From Breznakia blatticola (GTDB lineage Bacteria > Bacillota_I > Bacilli_A > Erysipelotrichales > Erysipelotrichaceae): a stretch of DNA of 32,000 nt. Position 1 is the first letter of the stretch. The number at the start of each line of letters is the position of its first letter. The translations under genes were made by a program, and so were the position numbers. Below the pieces are notes generated by a model, which made no database searches, was not told the DNA's origin, and saw only the letters and a program-made list of their open reading frames with translations. Shown here piece by piece: positions 1 through 8,693 of this stretch. The stretch lies in the NCBI RefSeq assembly GCF_004365815.1, contig NZ_SODD01000005.1:45930-77929 (forward strand), written 5' to 3'.

Positions 1-2
1 AG

Positions 3-590
3 TTTAATCCACATTTCTTATATAATACACTAGAGATTTTAAGGAATTTATGGGCTGTGGATAAAGAAAGAGCAGATCGTCTTATTTATCAGTTAACACA
101 AGTATTACGATATAGCATCAATAACGCGAAACGCGATGTACAACTTGCAGAGGATATGATTTATATCAATCACTATTTAGAAATACAAAAATTACGTTAT
201 GGTGATCGATTTGAATGTAGTATTGATATTGAAGATAATTGTTACACATGTGTGATTCCAAAGTTACTATTACAACCAATGATAGAAAATAGTATCAAGT
301 ATGGATATCTAAAAGTAAAGAAACTAAAGATTCAAATTCGAGCATATATGAATGATAATGTGCTATACATTATGATCAAAGATAATGGGCATGGTATGGA
401 ACATGATCGAGAACTTGAAATGCAAGAATATATTAAGGGGACACAAGAAGCTGAAGAGTCTTTTGGTTTGTATAATGTTGCTAGACGCTTAGAGTTGCAA
501 TATGCAGGAGTCAGCGGAATTGAACTTGTCAATGAACAGGGAATTGGATTAGAAGTATGGATAAAAATAGAACAATCAAAATTGGGGTGA
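3..590 (+). CDS. Sensor histidine kinase, C-terminal part (5' end lies outside the window); YesM/LytS-type
   Basis: The frame is open from the window edge. Translation begins FNPHFLYNTLEIL, the H-box of the His_kinase/LytS-YesM family, followed by a GHKL ATPase region (DNGHGM, FGLYNV). The tracked ORF 57..590 is only the part downstream of an internal GTG. Confidence 0.85.
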   Translation, partial: FNPHFLYNTLEILRNLWAVDKERADRLIYQLTQVLRYSINNAKRDVQLAEDMIYINHYLEIQKLRYGDRFECSIDIEDNCYTCVIPKLLLQPMIENSIKYGYLKVKKLKIQIRAYMNDNVLYIMIKDNGHGMEHDRELEMQEYIKGTQEAEESFGLYNVARRLELQYAGVSGIELVNEQGIGLEVWIKIEQSKLG

Positions 591-594
591 AAAT

Positions 595-1386
595 GTGGTA
601 TATAAAGTATTAGTAGTAGAAGATGAAGAAATTATTAGAAAAGGGTTAATCTACAATACAAACTGGGCAGCATTAGATTGTGTTGTGATTGGTGAAGCAG
701 GAGATGGTGAAGAGGCAATTGAAGCAATCAAAAGCAAAGAACCAGATATTGTGCTTGTGGATGTAAATATGCCTGTAGTGAATGGATTAGACATGTTAAA
801 GGCAACAAAAGATTACTCATATGTGGCAATTGTACTTTCTGGATATGCTGAGTTTAGCTATGCACAAGAAGCAATACGACTTGGAGTAACTCGCTATTTA
901 ACCAAACCCGTGCAGGAACAAGAATTGGTTGCAGCAATTACTAGTGCAAAAAAGAAAATTCAAAAAAATCGTTTCGTATCAGAAAATCAAGAAGAACTAC
1001 AAAAAGTAAAAGAGATGGAAGTTATAGCAATTCCAAAAGCTGCACATAAGGATGAGTTGGTAGAGAAAATGCTCAACTACATCGATGCGTATTACCAGGA
1101 TCGTATTCAAATGCGTGATTTAGCAGATGCATTTAATTATAGTGAGGTATTTCTTAATAAGCGATTTAAACATGTAGTAGGGACAACTTTTATTGATTTC
1201 TTAAATAAATATCGTGTTCAAGTTTCATTGAAGTATTTAAAGGAGAAACAATACACACTTGAAGAGATTGGTGCATTTGTTGGTATACCTGATCCAAAGT
1301 ACTTTCGTGTTGTATTTAAGCGCTATGTAGGATATAGTCCACGCGAGTTTATTACAATTTTAGAACAAACAACAGAAACAAGATAG
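595..1386 (+). CDS. Response regulator, REC domain plus AraC-type HTH (YesN-like)
   Basis: N-terminus VLVVEDEE...DIVLVDVNMP is a receiver domain. The C-terminus carries an AraC-type HTH (GYSPREF). GTG start 5 nt after the kinase stop, preceded by GGGGTGA; two-component gene pair. Confidence 0.85.
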   Translation: MVYKVLVVEDEEIIRKGLIYNTNWAALDCVVIGEAGDGEEAIEAIKSKEPDIVLVDVNMPVVNGLDMLKATKDYSYVAIVLSGYAEFSYAQEAIRLGVTRYLTKPVQEQELVAAITSAKKKIQKNRFVSENQEELQKVKEMEVIAIPKAAHKDELVEKMLNYIDAYYQDRIQMRDLADAFNYSEVFLNKRFKHVVGTTFIDFLNKYRVQVSLKYLKEKQYTLEEIGAFVGIPDPKYFRVVFKRYVGYSPREFITILEQTTETR

Positions 1387-1395
1387 GTGCCCCTT
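1386..1395. repeat. Target-site duplication, left copy (GGTGCCCCTT) of IS4-family copy 1
   Basis: The identical 10-mer recurs at 3090..3099 directly outside the terminal inverted repeats. Identity extends to 12 bp (AGGTGCCCCTTT) if one base is reassigned at each IS end. Confidence 0.7.
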
Positions 1396-1426
1396 TAATG
1401 TCATTAAGTTAAGTAATAGAATTGTA

Positions 1427-1461
1427 AGAGGAGTCAATTAATTTTGACCCCTCTTTTTTTC
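1427..1461 (+). terminator. Terminator-like hairpin inside the IS left end
   Basis: AAGAGGAGTCAA / TTGACCCCTCTT stem (one A-C mismatch) followed by a T-run. Located between the left IR and the transposase gene, where ISs often block read-through from outside. Confidence 0.5.
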
Positions 1462-1599
1462 TATTGACTTTTACTACAAAATTTGGGCGCTCCGCGCCTT
1501 TCGTAAGAGAGGTATATGGAGGTCGCTTAATTATGAAAATCGTATTTTTTATCTGTTTCATATTTTTAGTTCATAAAAATAGAATAGGAGGACTTTCTA

Positions 1600-2916
1600 A
1601 TGTCTGATTATTCTAATAAAGTTTTACGAGTTTTCAATTCCCATATTGATACTCTTGCGTCCGAGAAAAATAGCCGGAACCTTGTAAATAACATCTATTC
1701 TGATTTCACTAGAAATCGCAAATTATCTTTCCAAGATTTAATGAAAATCATTATTTTTTCTGCTGCTAAACCTATCAAAGAAGAATTATGGGATTACTTT
1801 GATTATGATGCGAATACTGCATCCTCAAGTGCATTTGTCCAAGCAAGAGATAAACTTAATTCCACTGCATTTAAGGAACTATTTTATTTATTGAATTCTT
1901 CTTTCCCTTGTAGAAAATTATACAATGGGTATCAACTTCTCGGTGTTGATGGCAGTGATCTTTCTATTCCTCTTGATTTAACTGATGCAGATACTTTAAC
2001 TTCTTGTGGTTCCAATCTAAAGCAAATGAGTCAGTATCACATCGACTCTGCTTATGATCTGCTAGAACATCGATACGTTGATATGATAATAACTGGCTGT
2101 AAAAATAAAAACGAACCTAAATCGCTTGTGTCAATGGCTGAATCTCATCCAAAGGACAACGTTATTTATATTGCGGATAGATATTATGCTACTTGGAATA
2201 CTATGGCACATATTATGAATGCAAATAAATCTTTCGTTATTCGCTCCAAAGACATTGAATCAAAAAGTAGTTTACTTAAAAAGTTCAATTTACCAAATGA
2301 AGAGTTTGATGTAGATGTTCACACGATTCTAACAAAGAAACAAACGAAAGAGATCCGAAGTCAACCTGATACATATCGATTTATTTCAACAACAACGACA
2401 TTTGATTATATCGAAACTGTTAATGATGAATACCCAATTGGTTTTCGAGTTGTACGTTTTAAAGCGAATGGCGACGAGGAATATGAATCAATCTTAACTA
2501 ATCTATCAAGAGAAGAATTCCCTGCTACTGCTATTAAAGAGTTATATAAATTGCGTTGGGGGATAGAGGTTTCTTTTCGCCATCTTAAGTATGCAACTGC
2601 ACTTAAAGTGTTACATAGTAAAAAAAGAAACAGTATTCAACAAGAGATTTGGGCAAAGGCTATTTTGTATAATTTATCTATGCTTATCATAAATAAAACT
2701 TGTGATAAAGTAGAGAAACGGCGTAAATGGGAGTATAAAATCAATCTTACAAGTGGTATTCATCTCATTCGCGAAATGATAAAAAGAAAAGGTGGTTTCC
2801 CACCCAGCTTCAAAACGATAATATCCAAGGAACTTCTTCCAATACGCCCTAACCGACAGAACGAAAGAAATGTAAGAATTCAACGAACCATTGGTTTCAA
2901 TTATCGTTTCTCTTAA
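1600..2916 (+). CDS. IS4-family DDE transposase
   Basis: 438 aa. Candidate DDE residues in GVDGSD, IADRYY and the exact IS4-family Y-2-R-3-E-6-K signature YKLRWGIEVSFRHLK. RBS AGGAGG upstream of the ATG. Confidence 0.9.
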   Translation: MSDYSNKVLRVFNSHIDTLASEKNSRNLVNNIYSDFTRNRKLSFQDLMKIIIFSAAKPIKEELWDYFDYDANTASSSAFVQARDKLNSTAFKELFYLLNSSFPCRKLYNGYQLLGVDGSDLSIPLDLTDADTLTSCGSNLKQMSQYHIDSAYDLLEHRYVDMIITGCKNKNEPKSLVSMAESHPKDNVIYIADRYYATWNTMAHIMNANKSFVIRSKDIESKSSLLKKFNLPNEEFDVDVHTILTKKQTKEIRSQPDTYRFISTTTTFDYIETVNDEYPIGFRVVRFKANGDEEYESILTNLSREEFPATAIKELYKLRWGIEVSFRHLKYATALKVLHSKKRNSIQQEIWAKAILYNLSMLIINKTCDKVEKRRKWEYKINLTSGIHLIREMIKRKGGFPPSFKTIISKELLPIRPNRQNERNVRIQRTIGFNYRFS

Positions 2917-3024
2917 GCAATTACATTATAACCTAACTTCAAAAAATGTTCACTACAAAGAACATCTTTTTAGCATGTTCTTTACTGCTTGAAATATCAC
3001 AACTTTTAGAAGACAACAAAAAAG

Positions 3025-3061
3025 CCAAGCAAAATTCACTTCATCGATGAATTTTGCTTGG
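3025..3061. repeat. Perfect 14-bp stem hairpin near the IS right end
   Basis: CCAAGCAAAATTCA (3025..3038) and TGAATTTTGCTTGG (3048..3061) separated by 9 nt. Function unknown; it could be a transposase-gene terminator or subterminal structure. Confidence 0.5.
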
Positions 3062-3089
3062 TTAATGGATTCTTAACTTAATGACATTA

Positions 3090-3099
3090 GGTGCCCCTT
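3090..3099. repeat. Target-site duplication, right copy (GGTGCCCCTT)
   Basis: Identical to 1386..1395 and immediately abuts the right IR. Confidence 0.7.
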
Positions 3100-3138
3100 T
3101 CTTGTTTTGTTTTTTATCCAATTGTTATTTATTTTGAG

Positions 3139-3152
3139 TGTAAACGCTTACA
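3139..3152. promoter_or_regulatory. Catabolite-responsive element (cre) upstream of the ABC importer operon
   Basis: TGTAAACGCTTACA matches the Firmicute cre consensus TGWAANCGNTNWCA at all 14 positions. It lies 47 nt upstream of the ATPase start codon. Confidence 0.6.
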
Positions 3153-3198
3153 AATTGTTGGTAAGATACAAACAGTTAGAAAGTAAGAGGTGGATTTT

Positions 3199-4329
3199 AT
3201 GAGTGTTGAGATTTCAATTAGAAACGCTGTAAAAAGATATGGGGAGAATACAATCATTGAGGATTTATCATTAGATGTAAAAAATGGGGAGTTTTTTACC
3301 TTACTAGGTCCTTCAGGATGTGGAAAAACGACACTGCTTAGAATGATTGCTGGATTCAATACGATTGAAGGTGGAACGTTTAAATTTAACGATACCTTAA
3401 TCAATATAATGAATCCAGAAAAAAGAAATATTGGGATGGTATTTCAAAACTATGCCATCTTCCCAAATATGTCTGTAAGAAAAAATGTTGAATTCGGATT
3501 GAAACATAAGAAGAATTTGAAAGTGGACATCAAAGAAGAAACAAATAAATTCTTAAAATTAGTAAAAGTTGATGGATATGCAGATCGAATGCCAGATCGT
3601 TTATCGGGTGGACAACAACAACGTGTTGCACTTGCTAGAGCTTTAGTTATTAAGCCAGATGTATTGTTGATGGATGAGCCATTATCAAATCTAGATGCAA
3701 AACTTCGTGTAGAAATGCGTACAGTAATTAAGGAGATTCAAAGAGAAGTTGGGATTACAACGATTTATGTAACGCATGATCAAGAAGAAGCGATGGCGGT
3801 ATCTGATCGAATTGCAGTAATGAAAGATGGAGTGATTCGTCACTGTTCGACACCGCAAAAGATTTATCAAAGACCTGCGGATGTATTTGTTGCTACATTT
3901 ATTGGGAAATCGAATTTACTACAAGCTAAAGTAGTTAAAGAAAATGATACACAATATGTAGAATTTCTAAATGGATATAAAGTTGTATTCAATGATATGA
4001 AAGATGCAAACCATGAGGAAAAGGTGACAATTTCTGCTAGACCAGAAGAGTTAACTGTACACAAAGAAGTGCAAAAAGATGGAATCAAAGGAATTGTAAA
4101 AGATAGTGTATTCCTTGGGTTGAATACGCATTACTTCGTTGATCTTGAAACAAATGAAGAAATTGAAATTATTCAAGAATCAGAAATTGGAGAAATTATA
4201 CAACCAGGTAGTGAAATTACATTAACAATCAATACCAAAAAAGCAAATGTATTTAGCGAAGATGGAAATAGTTTAATGCATGGTGTAGATAACATCACTA
4301 CAAAAGAACAGGCGGATAAAGCGCTATGA
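3199..4329 (+). CDS. ABC transporter ATP-binding protein (PotA/FbpC/AfuC-like, with C-terminal regulatory/TOBE-like extension)
   Basis: Walker A GPSGCGKT, signature LSGGQQQR, Walker B LLMDEPLS. ATG at 3199 is preferred over the tracked GTG 3190 because AGAGGTGG sits 5 nt upstream. Confidence 0.85.
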   Translation: MSVEISIRNAVKRYGENTIIEDLSLDVKNGEFFTLLGPSGCGKTTLLRMIAGFNTIEGGTFKFNDTLINIMNPEKRNIGMVFQNYAIFPNMSVRKNVEFGLKHKKNLKVDIKEETNKFLKLVKVDGYADRMPDRLSGGQQQRVALARALVIKPDVLLMDEPLSNLDAKLRVEMRTVIKEIQREVGITTIYVTHDQEEAMAVSDRIAVMKDGVIRHCSTPQKIYQRPADVFVATFIGKSNLLQAKVVKENDTQYVEFLNGYKVVFNDMKDANHEEKVTISARPEELTVHKEVQKDGIKGIVKDSVFLGLNTHYFVDLETNEEIEIIQESEIGEIIQPGSEITLTINTKKANVFSEDGNSLMHGVDNITTKEQADKAL

Positions 4330-5972
4330 CAAATACAAAGAAACAAGATATATGGACGTATGTGTCCATTGGACTAGCCGCTTTATTTATTTTATTTCTA
4401 GTATTTCCACTAGGTAAATTATTAAAAGAAGCAGTATATACAAATGGGGAGTTCTCATTAGATGCATTTGTGAAGTTCTTTCAAACACCGTACTATTACA
4501 CATCGATATTCAATAGTACGAAAGTTGCATTAACTGTAACTGCATTAAGTTTACTATTGGGGATTCCATTCTCCTATTTCTATACCTTCTTTAAAATGAG
4601 AGGGAAGAAAGTATTATTTGTGCTTGTCTTACTATCGACAATGTCTGCTCCATTTATCGGAGCCTATGCATGGGTATTATTGATGGGAAATTCTGGATTG
4701 ATTACAGAATTTCTGGCGAAAATAGGAATTACGGATTTCTCAATATATGGATTTGGTGGAATTGTATTTGTACAATCGATGAAGCTTTTCCCATTAGTTG
4801 TAATCTATATGAATGGAGCATTCAAAGATATTGATAACAGTTTACTTGAAGCAGCAGAGAGTATGAACTGTACGGGACTTAAAAAATTCAAAGAAGTTAT
4901 TATGTCATTAACTATGCCAACCATTTTGGCTGCTGCATTACTTGTATTTATGCGATCGTTTGCAGATTTTGGAACACCAGTTTTAATTGGACGTGGGTAT
5001 TCAACATTCCCAGTATTAATTTACCAACAATTCTTAGGTGAGAATGGTACGGATTATCACTTTGCATCAGCCATTAGTGTTATTGCGATTTTAGTAACAG
5101 GATTAATCTTTATTATTCAAAAATACGCGACAAACAAATTTAAGTTTACAATTAATGCAATGCATCCAGTGCAACCAAAGAAAGCAAAACGTTTTCAAAA
5201 TATGTTTATGCATGGATTTAACTATATCTTAGTTGCATTGGCGATGTTGCCACAATTTTATGTCATTAACATGTCATTTAGAAATTATCGAAATTCCATC
5301 TTACAACCAGGATATTCACTAGTGAATTACCAAAAGGCGATGGAAAAAGATTTATTTAGATCACTTGGTAATACATTACTGATTAGTGTAGTTACATTAA
5401 CTGTTGTAATTATTATTGCTGTTCTTATTGCATACTTGGTAGTAAGACGTAAAAATGCATTTAACAATGCAATAGATGTTGTTTCTATGTTGCCATATGT
5501 AATGCCAGGAGGAGTTATTGGTATTGCAATGATTATTGCCTTTAGTGGAAAACCATTCTACTTAACAGGAACAATTGCGATTATGGTTATTGCTCTGGTG
5601 ATTCGACGAATGCCATTTACCAGTCGATCCGCAACTGCCGCAATGATGAAAATACCTGAAAGTATCGAAGAAGCTGGAATAAGTTTAGGAGCTTCAAAAT
5701 TACAGACATTCGTTAAAGTTACCATACCAATGATGTCGAGCGGAATTATTGCCGGTGCGGTATTGAGTTGGGTATCTATTATTACTGAGATGTCATCAGG
5801 AGTTATGTTATACAATAATAAAACGATTACCTTAACATTAAGTGCATACGCTGCCATTAACAATGGTACATATGGAGTTGCAGCGGTGTTTGCGACAATA
5901 ACGACAATCTTTACAATTATTAGTTTAGTGATTTATTTGAAATTTGCCAAAACCGAAGATGTTTCGGTCTAA
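4326..5972 (+). CDS. ABC transporter permease, fused double-domain (FbpB/AfuB/ThiP-type)
   Basis: 548 aa and highly hydrophobic. Two EAA-type loops (EAAESMNCTGLKKF and EEAGISLGASKLQTF) indicate two tandem permease domains. ATGA start/stop overlap with the ATPase gene. Confidence 0.85.
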   Translation: MTNTKKQDIWTYVSIGLAALFILFLVFPLGKLLKEAVYTNGEFSLDAFVKFFQTPYYYTSIFNSTKVALTVTALSLLLGIPFSYFYTFFKMRGKKVLFVLVLLSTMSAPFIGAYAWVLLMGNSGLITEFLAKIGITDFSIYGFGGIVFVQSMKLFPLVVIYMNGAFKDIDNSLLEAAESMNCTGLKKFKEVIMSLTMPTILAAALLVFMRSFADFGTPVLIGRGYSTFPVLIYQQFLGENGTDYHFASAISVIAILVTGLIFIIQKYATNKFKFTINAMHPVQPKKAKRFQNMFMHGFNYILVALAMLPQFYVINMSFRNYRNSILQPGYSLVNYQKAMEKDLFRSLGNTLLISVVTLTVVIIIAVLIAYLVVRRKNAFNNAIDVVSMLPYVMPGGVIGIAMIIAFSGKPFYLTGTIAIMVIALVIRRMPFTSRSATAAMMKIPESIEEAGISLGASKLQTFVKVTIPMMSSGIIAGAVLSWVSIITEMSSGVMLYNNKTITLTLSAYAAINNGTYGVAAVFATITTIFTIISLVIYLKFAKTEDVSV

Positions 5973-5984
5973 AAGGAGGACATT

Positions 5985-7052
5985 ATGAAAAAATTAAAAG
6001 GATTATTTTTAGTAGCAATGCTGTTATTAGCAGCATGCTCAGGAAGTGGAGGAGATGGTGATTCAAGTGATAAATCAGATGAAGCAAAACGTCCAGAATG
6101 GGCGCGTCCAGTTGATGAAATAACTGGAACAATCACGGTTTACACGACAATGGAAGAAACACAACAAGAAGCATTAAAAGAAATTTGGAATGATATTTAT
6201 CCAAATTCAAAAATTGAAATTCAAACAGATTCATTAGGAACACTTTCTACTCGTATTCGCAGTGATGAAAAAAATGATGCAGATGTAATCGTAGGAGGAT
6301 TATTCCAAGCGGATGGTGATACATACCACGATATCTTAGAAAAATATACATCACCATTAGATGGAGAACAAGGGGACTATGTTGATCCAAATGGATACTA
6401 CACATACTACGATGTACAAGTAATGAGTTTAGTTGTAAACCCTAAACTTGCAGAAGACTTAGGTGTGGAAATTAAAGGATACAAAGATTTATTAGATAAA
6501 AAATTAAAAGGAAAAATTATTCTTGCAGCTCCAGATGCAACTTCATCAGGATGGCGTCAAGTACAAACGATGTTAGCTGTTATGGGTGATGAGTTTGATG
6601 ATGACAAAGCTTGGGAATACATTGAACAATTAATGCCACAAGCATTCAGTACAACATCATCAAAAGATGTGTATAACTTAGTAACAAATGGTGAATATGT
6701 AGTTGGATTATCATACGAATCAACAGTAGATGCATTAATTCGTGATGGTGCACCAATCGAAAATGTATACATGGTAGAAGGAAATACAGCAATGGCCACA
6801 GCTGGAGCAATCGTAAAAGATGCTCCAAATAAAGATGCAGCTGAAGCAATGATGGATTTATTAGCATCACGTGAATTCCAAGATATCCGTGCGGAAAGAT
6901 CATCAGGTAGAGGAACAAACGTTAACAGTAAATTAGTTGATTTACCAGAAGAAAAAGAATTGAACTTAACAAAATTAGACTTCGATTACCTTATTGAAAA
7001 TAAAGCAAAAATCATGGATCGTTGGAACACACTTTGGAATAAAACACACTAG
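5985..7052 (+). CDS. ABC transporter substrate-binding lipoprotein (Fbp/Afu-type family-1 SBP)
   Basis: Signal peptide with lipobox LLAAC followed by a Gly/Ser/Asp linker. 355 aa, operon context, RBS AAGGAGG. Confidence 0.8.
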   Translation: MKKLKGLFLVAMLLLAACSGSGGDGDSSDKSDEAKRPEWARPVDEITGTITVYTTMEETQQEALKEIWNDIYPNSKIEIQTDSLGTLSTRIRSDEKNDADVIVGGLFQADGDTYHDILEKYTSPLDGEQGDYVDPNGYYTYYDVQVMSLVVNPKLAEDLGVEIKGYKDLLDKKLKGKIILAAPDATSSGWRQVQTMLAVMGDEFDDDKAWEYIEQLMPQAFSTTSSKDVYNLVTNGEYVVGLSYESTVDALIRDGAPIENVYMVEGNTAMATAGAIVKDAPNKDAAEAMMDLLASREFQDIRAERSSGRGTNVNSKLVDLPEEKELNLTKLDFDYLIENKAKIMDRWNTLWNKTH

Positions 7053-7091
7053 TTAAAACTACATAAAGTTGTTAAACATATGAGGTGATGT

Positions 7092-7124
7092 AAAAAACTA
7101 GGGGTATACAATCTCTAGTTTTTC
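7092..7124 (+). terminator. Rho-independent terminator after the ABC operon
   Basis: AAAAACTAG(GG) pairs with (CT)CTAGTTTTT around a loop of about 9-13 nt, and the T-run follows. Located 40 nt after the SBP stop. Confidence 0.55.
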
Positions 7125-7151
7125 TTTCATCATCTATCAAGGAGAAAAGAA

Positions 7152-7811
7152 ATGAATAAATTAATTGATCACACATTACTAAAGGCAAACGCAACAAAAG
7201 AACAAATACTTACATTATGCAAAGAAGCAAAAGAATATGACTTTGCAAGTGTTTGTGTCAATTCCTATTGGGTACCTACGTGTAAAGAAGCACTAGCTAA
7301 TTCTGATATAAAAGTATGTACAGTTGTGGGATTTCCATTAGGGGCAATGAGTAGTGCAGCAAAAGCAGAAGAAACAAAGATTGCCATTGAACAAGGGGCA
7401 CAGGAAATCGATATGGTATTAAATATCGGGGAATTGATTGCAGGTAATGATGAAGTAGTACGCAAAGATATTGCGGCTGTAGTAGATGCTGCAGATGGTC
7501 ATATCGTCAAGGTTATATTTGAAACATGCTTATTGACTGACGAACAAATTGTAAAAGCATGTCAGTTATGTGTAGAAGCAAAAGCACCATATGTAAAAAC
7601 AAGTACTGGATTTAACAGTGCAGGTGCAAACCCGCGAGTTGTTAAACTTATGAAAGATACAGTAAAAGATCAGGCGTTGGTGAAAGCCGCTGGAGGGGTT
7701 CGCTCAATTGATGATTTACAGGAAATGGTAAAAGCAGGAGCAAGTCGTATTGGAACAAGTTCTGGAGTTGCACTAATGAAAGGTGCAAATACAGATCCAA
7801 GTTCTTACTAA
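7152..7811 (+). CDS. deoC: Deoxyribose-phosphate aldolase
   Basis: 219 aa. IDHTLLK N-terminus, VCTVVGFPLG, EIDMVLNIG, VKVIFE, YVKTSTGF (Schiff-base Lys context), VKAAGGVRS, RIGTSSG: the typical DeoC pattern. Confidence 0.9.
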   Translation: MNKLIDHTLLKANATKEQILTLCKEAKEYDFASVCVNSYWVPTCKEALANSDIKVCTVVGFPLGAMSSAAKAEETKIAIEQGAQEIDMVLNIGELIAGNDEVVRKDIAAVVDAADGHIVKVIFETCLLTDEQIVKACQLCVEAKAPYVKTSTGFNSAGANPRVVKLMKDTVKDQALVKAAGGVRSIDDLQEMVKAGASRIGTSSGVALMKGANTDPSSY

Positions 7812-7841
7812 AAAGAAAGCTAATCTGGGGAGGAAAATAAG

Positions 7842-8693
7842 ATGAATGAAATGGAAATGCGAAAGGTGCAGTTATTAGCAGATAAAACACGACTTGATGT
7901 TTTAAGAATGTTGAAACATATTGGATATGGACATGTTGGTGGTTCTTTATCGATTGTTGAAGTATTAGCTGTACTTTATGGAAAACAAATGCGCTATGAT
8001 CCAAAAAATCCAAACTGGTCTGAGCGTGATATGTTTGTTTTATCAAAAGGGCATTCAGGTCCAGGATTATATAGTGTACTAGCAAATAGTGGTTTCTTTG
8101 ATAGAGAAGAGTTATTAACACTTAATGCAGGAGGAACAAATCTACCTTCGCATCCTGACCGCTTGAAAGTTGTTGGAGTTGATATGACAACAGGTTCTTT
8201 AGGACAAGGTATTTCTGCAGCTGCTGGAATGGCAACAGGTCTAGCTATGCGCAAGAAAGATCAATATGTATATGCAATTGTAGGAGATGGTGAATTGAAT
8301 GAAGGGCAAGTGTGGGAAGCTTTTCAATATATTGCACATCATGCATTGCATAATTTAATTGTGTTTATTGATGCAAATAAAAAACAATTGGATGGAACTA
8401 CAGATGAAGTAATCAAACAATTTGATATTGCCAAGAAAATGGAAGCTTTTGGATTTTATACACAAACGGTTAAAGGTAGTGATATAGAGGCAATTGATCA
8501 AGCAATTGAAAAAGCAAAAGCATATGAAGGTAAAGCATTATGTATTGTACTTGATGGAATTAAAGGGGCAGGCGTTCCATATTTCGAGACATTAAAAGCA
8601 AATCATTCCGTTAAGTTTACTAATGATGAAATTAATCAAGCAACAGATGATGCAATTGCTAAACTAGAAGCAAAAATAGGGGGAGCAAACTAA
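7842..8693 (+). CDS. Transketolase, N-terminal (TPP-binding) subunit
   Basis: 283 aa. GHVGGSLS, LSKGHSGP, GSLGQG and GDGELNEG motifs of split transketolases. Confidence 0.9.
   Translation: MNEMEMRKVQLLADKTRLDVLRMLKHIGYGHVGGSLSIVEVLAVLYGKQMRYDPKNPNWSERDMFVLSKGHSGPGLYSVLANSGFFDREELLTLNAGGTNLPSHPDRLKVVGVDMTTGSLGQGISAAAGMATGLAMRKKDQYVYAIVGDGELNEGQVWEAFQYIAHHALHNLIVFIDANKKQLDGTTDEVIKQFDIAKKMEAFGFYTQTVKGSDIEAIDQAIEKAKAYEGKALCIVLDGIKGAGVPYFETLKANHSVKFTNDEINQATDDAIAKLEAKIGGAN

Larger units (their letters stand above)
1396..3089 (+). mobile_element. IS4-family insertion sequence, complete copy 1 (about 1.69 kb)
   Basis: Perfect 18-bp terminal inverted repeats: TAATGTCATTAAGTTAAG at 1396..1413 and its reverse complement at 3072..3089. 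Flanking direct repeats, a single DDE transposase ORF, and a second copy starting at 31906. Confidence 0.85.

Noticed and set aside
332-532. Short ORFs in the six-frame track that lie antisense to, or overlap, clearly assigned genes. Examples: 332..532, 2674..2883, 3129..3404, 3867..4088, 5558..5863, 6557..6918, 7265..7465, 7648..8121, 7994..8254, 8659..8892 and 8963..9148.
   Set aside because: They sit entirely inside well-supported CDSs on the other strand or frame. Their composition is low-complexity or skewed, they lack RBSs and show no recognisable motifs. These are typical shadow ORFs of AT-rich DNA.
3190-3198. Upstream alternative starts given in the ORF track: 3190 GTG, 11357, 12360, 16722, 17217, 19306 TTG, 27340 GTG and 29790.
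   Set aside because: In each case a downstream ATG is preceded by a much better Shine-Dalgarno sequence at proper spacing. The extension would also run through an RBS, a promoter or an upstream gene's stop. I used the downstream starts.
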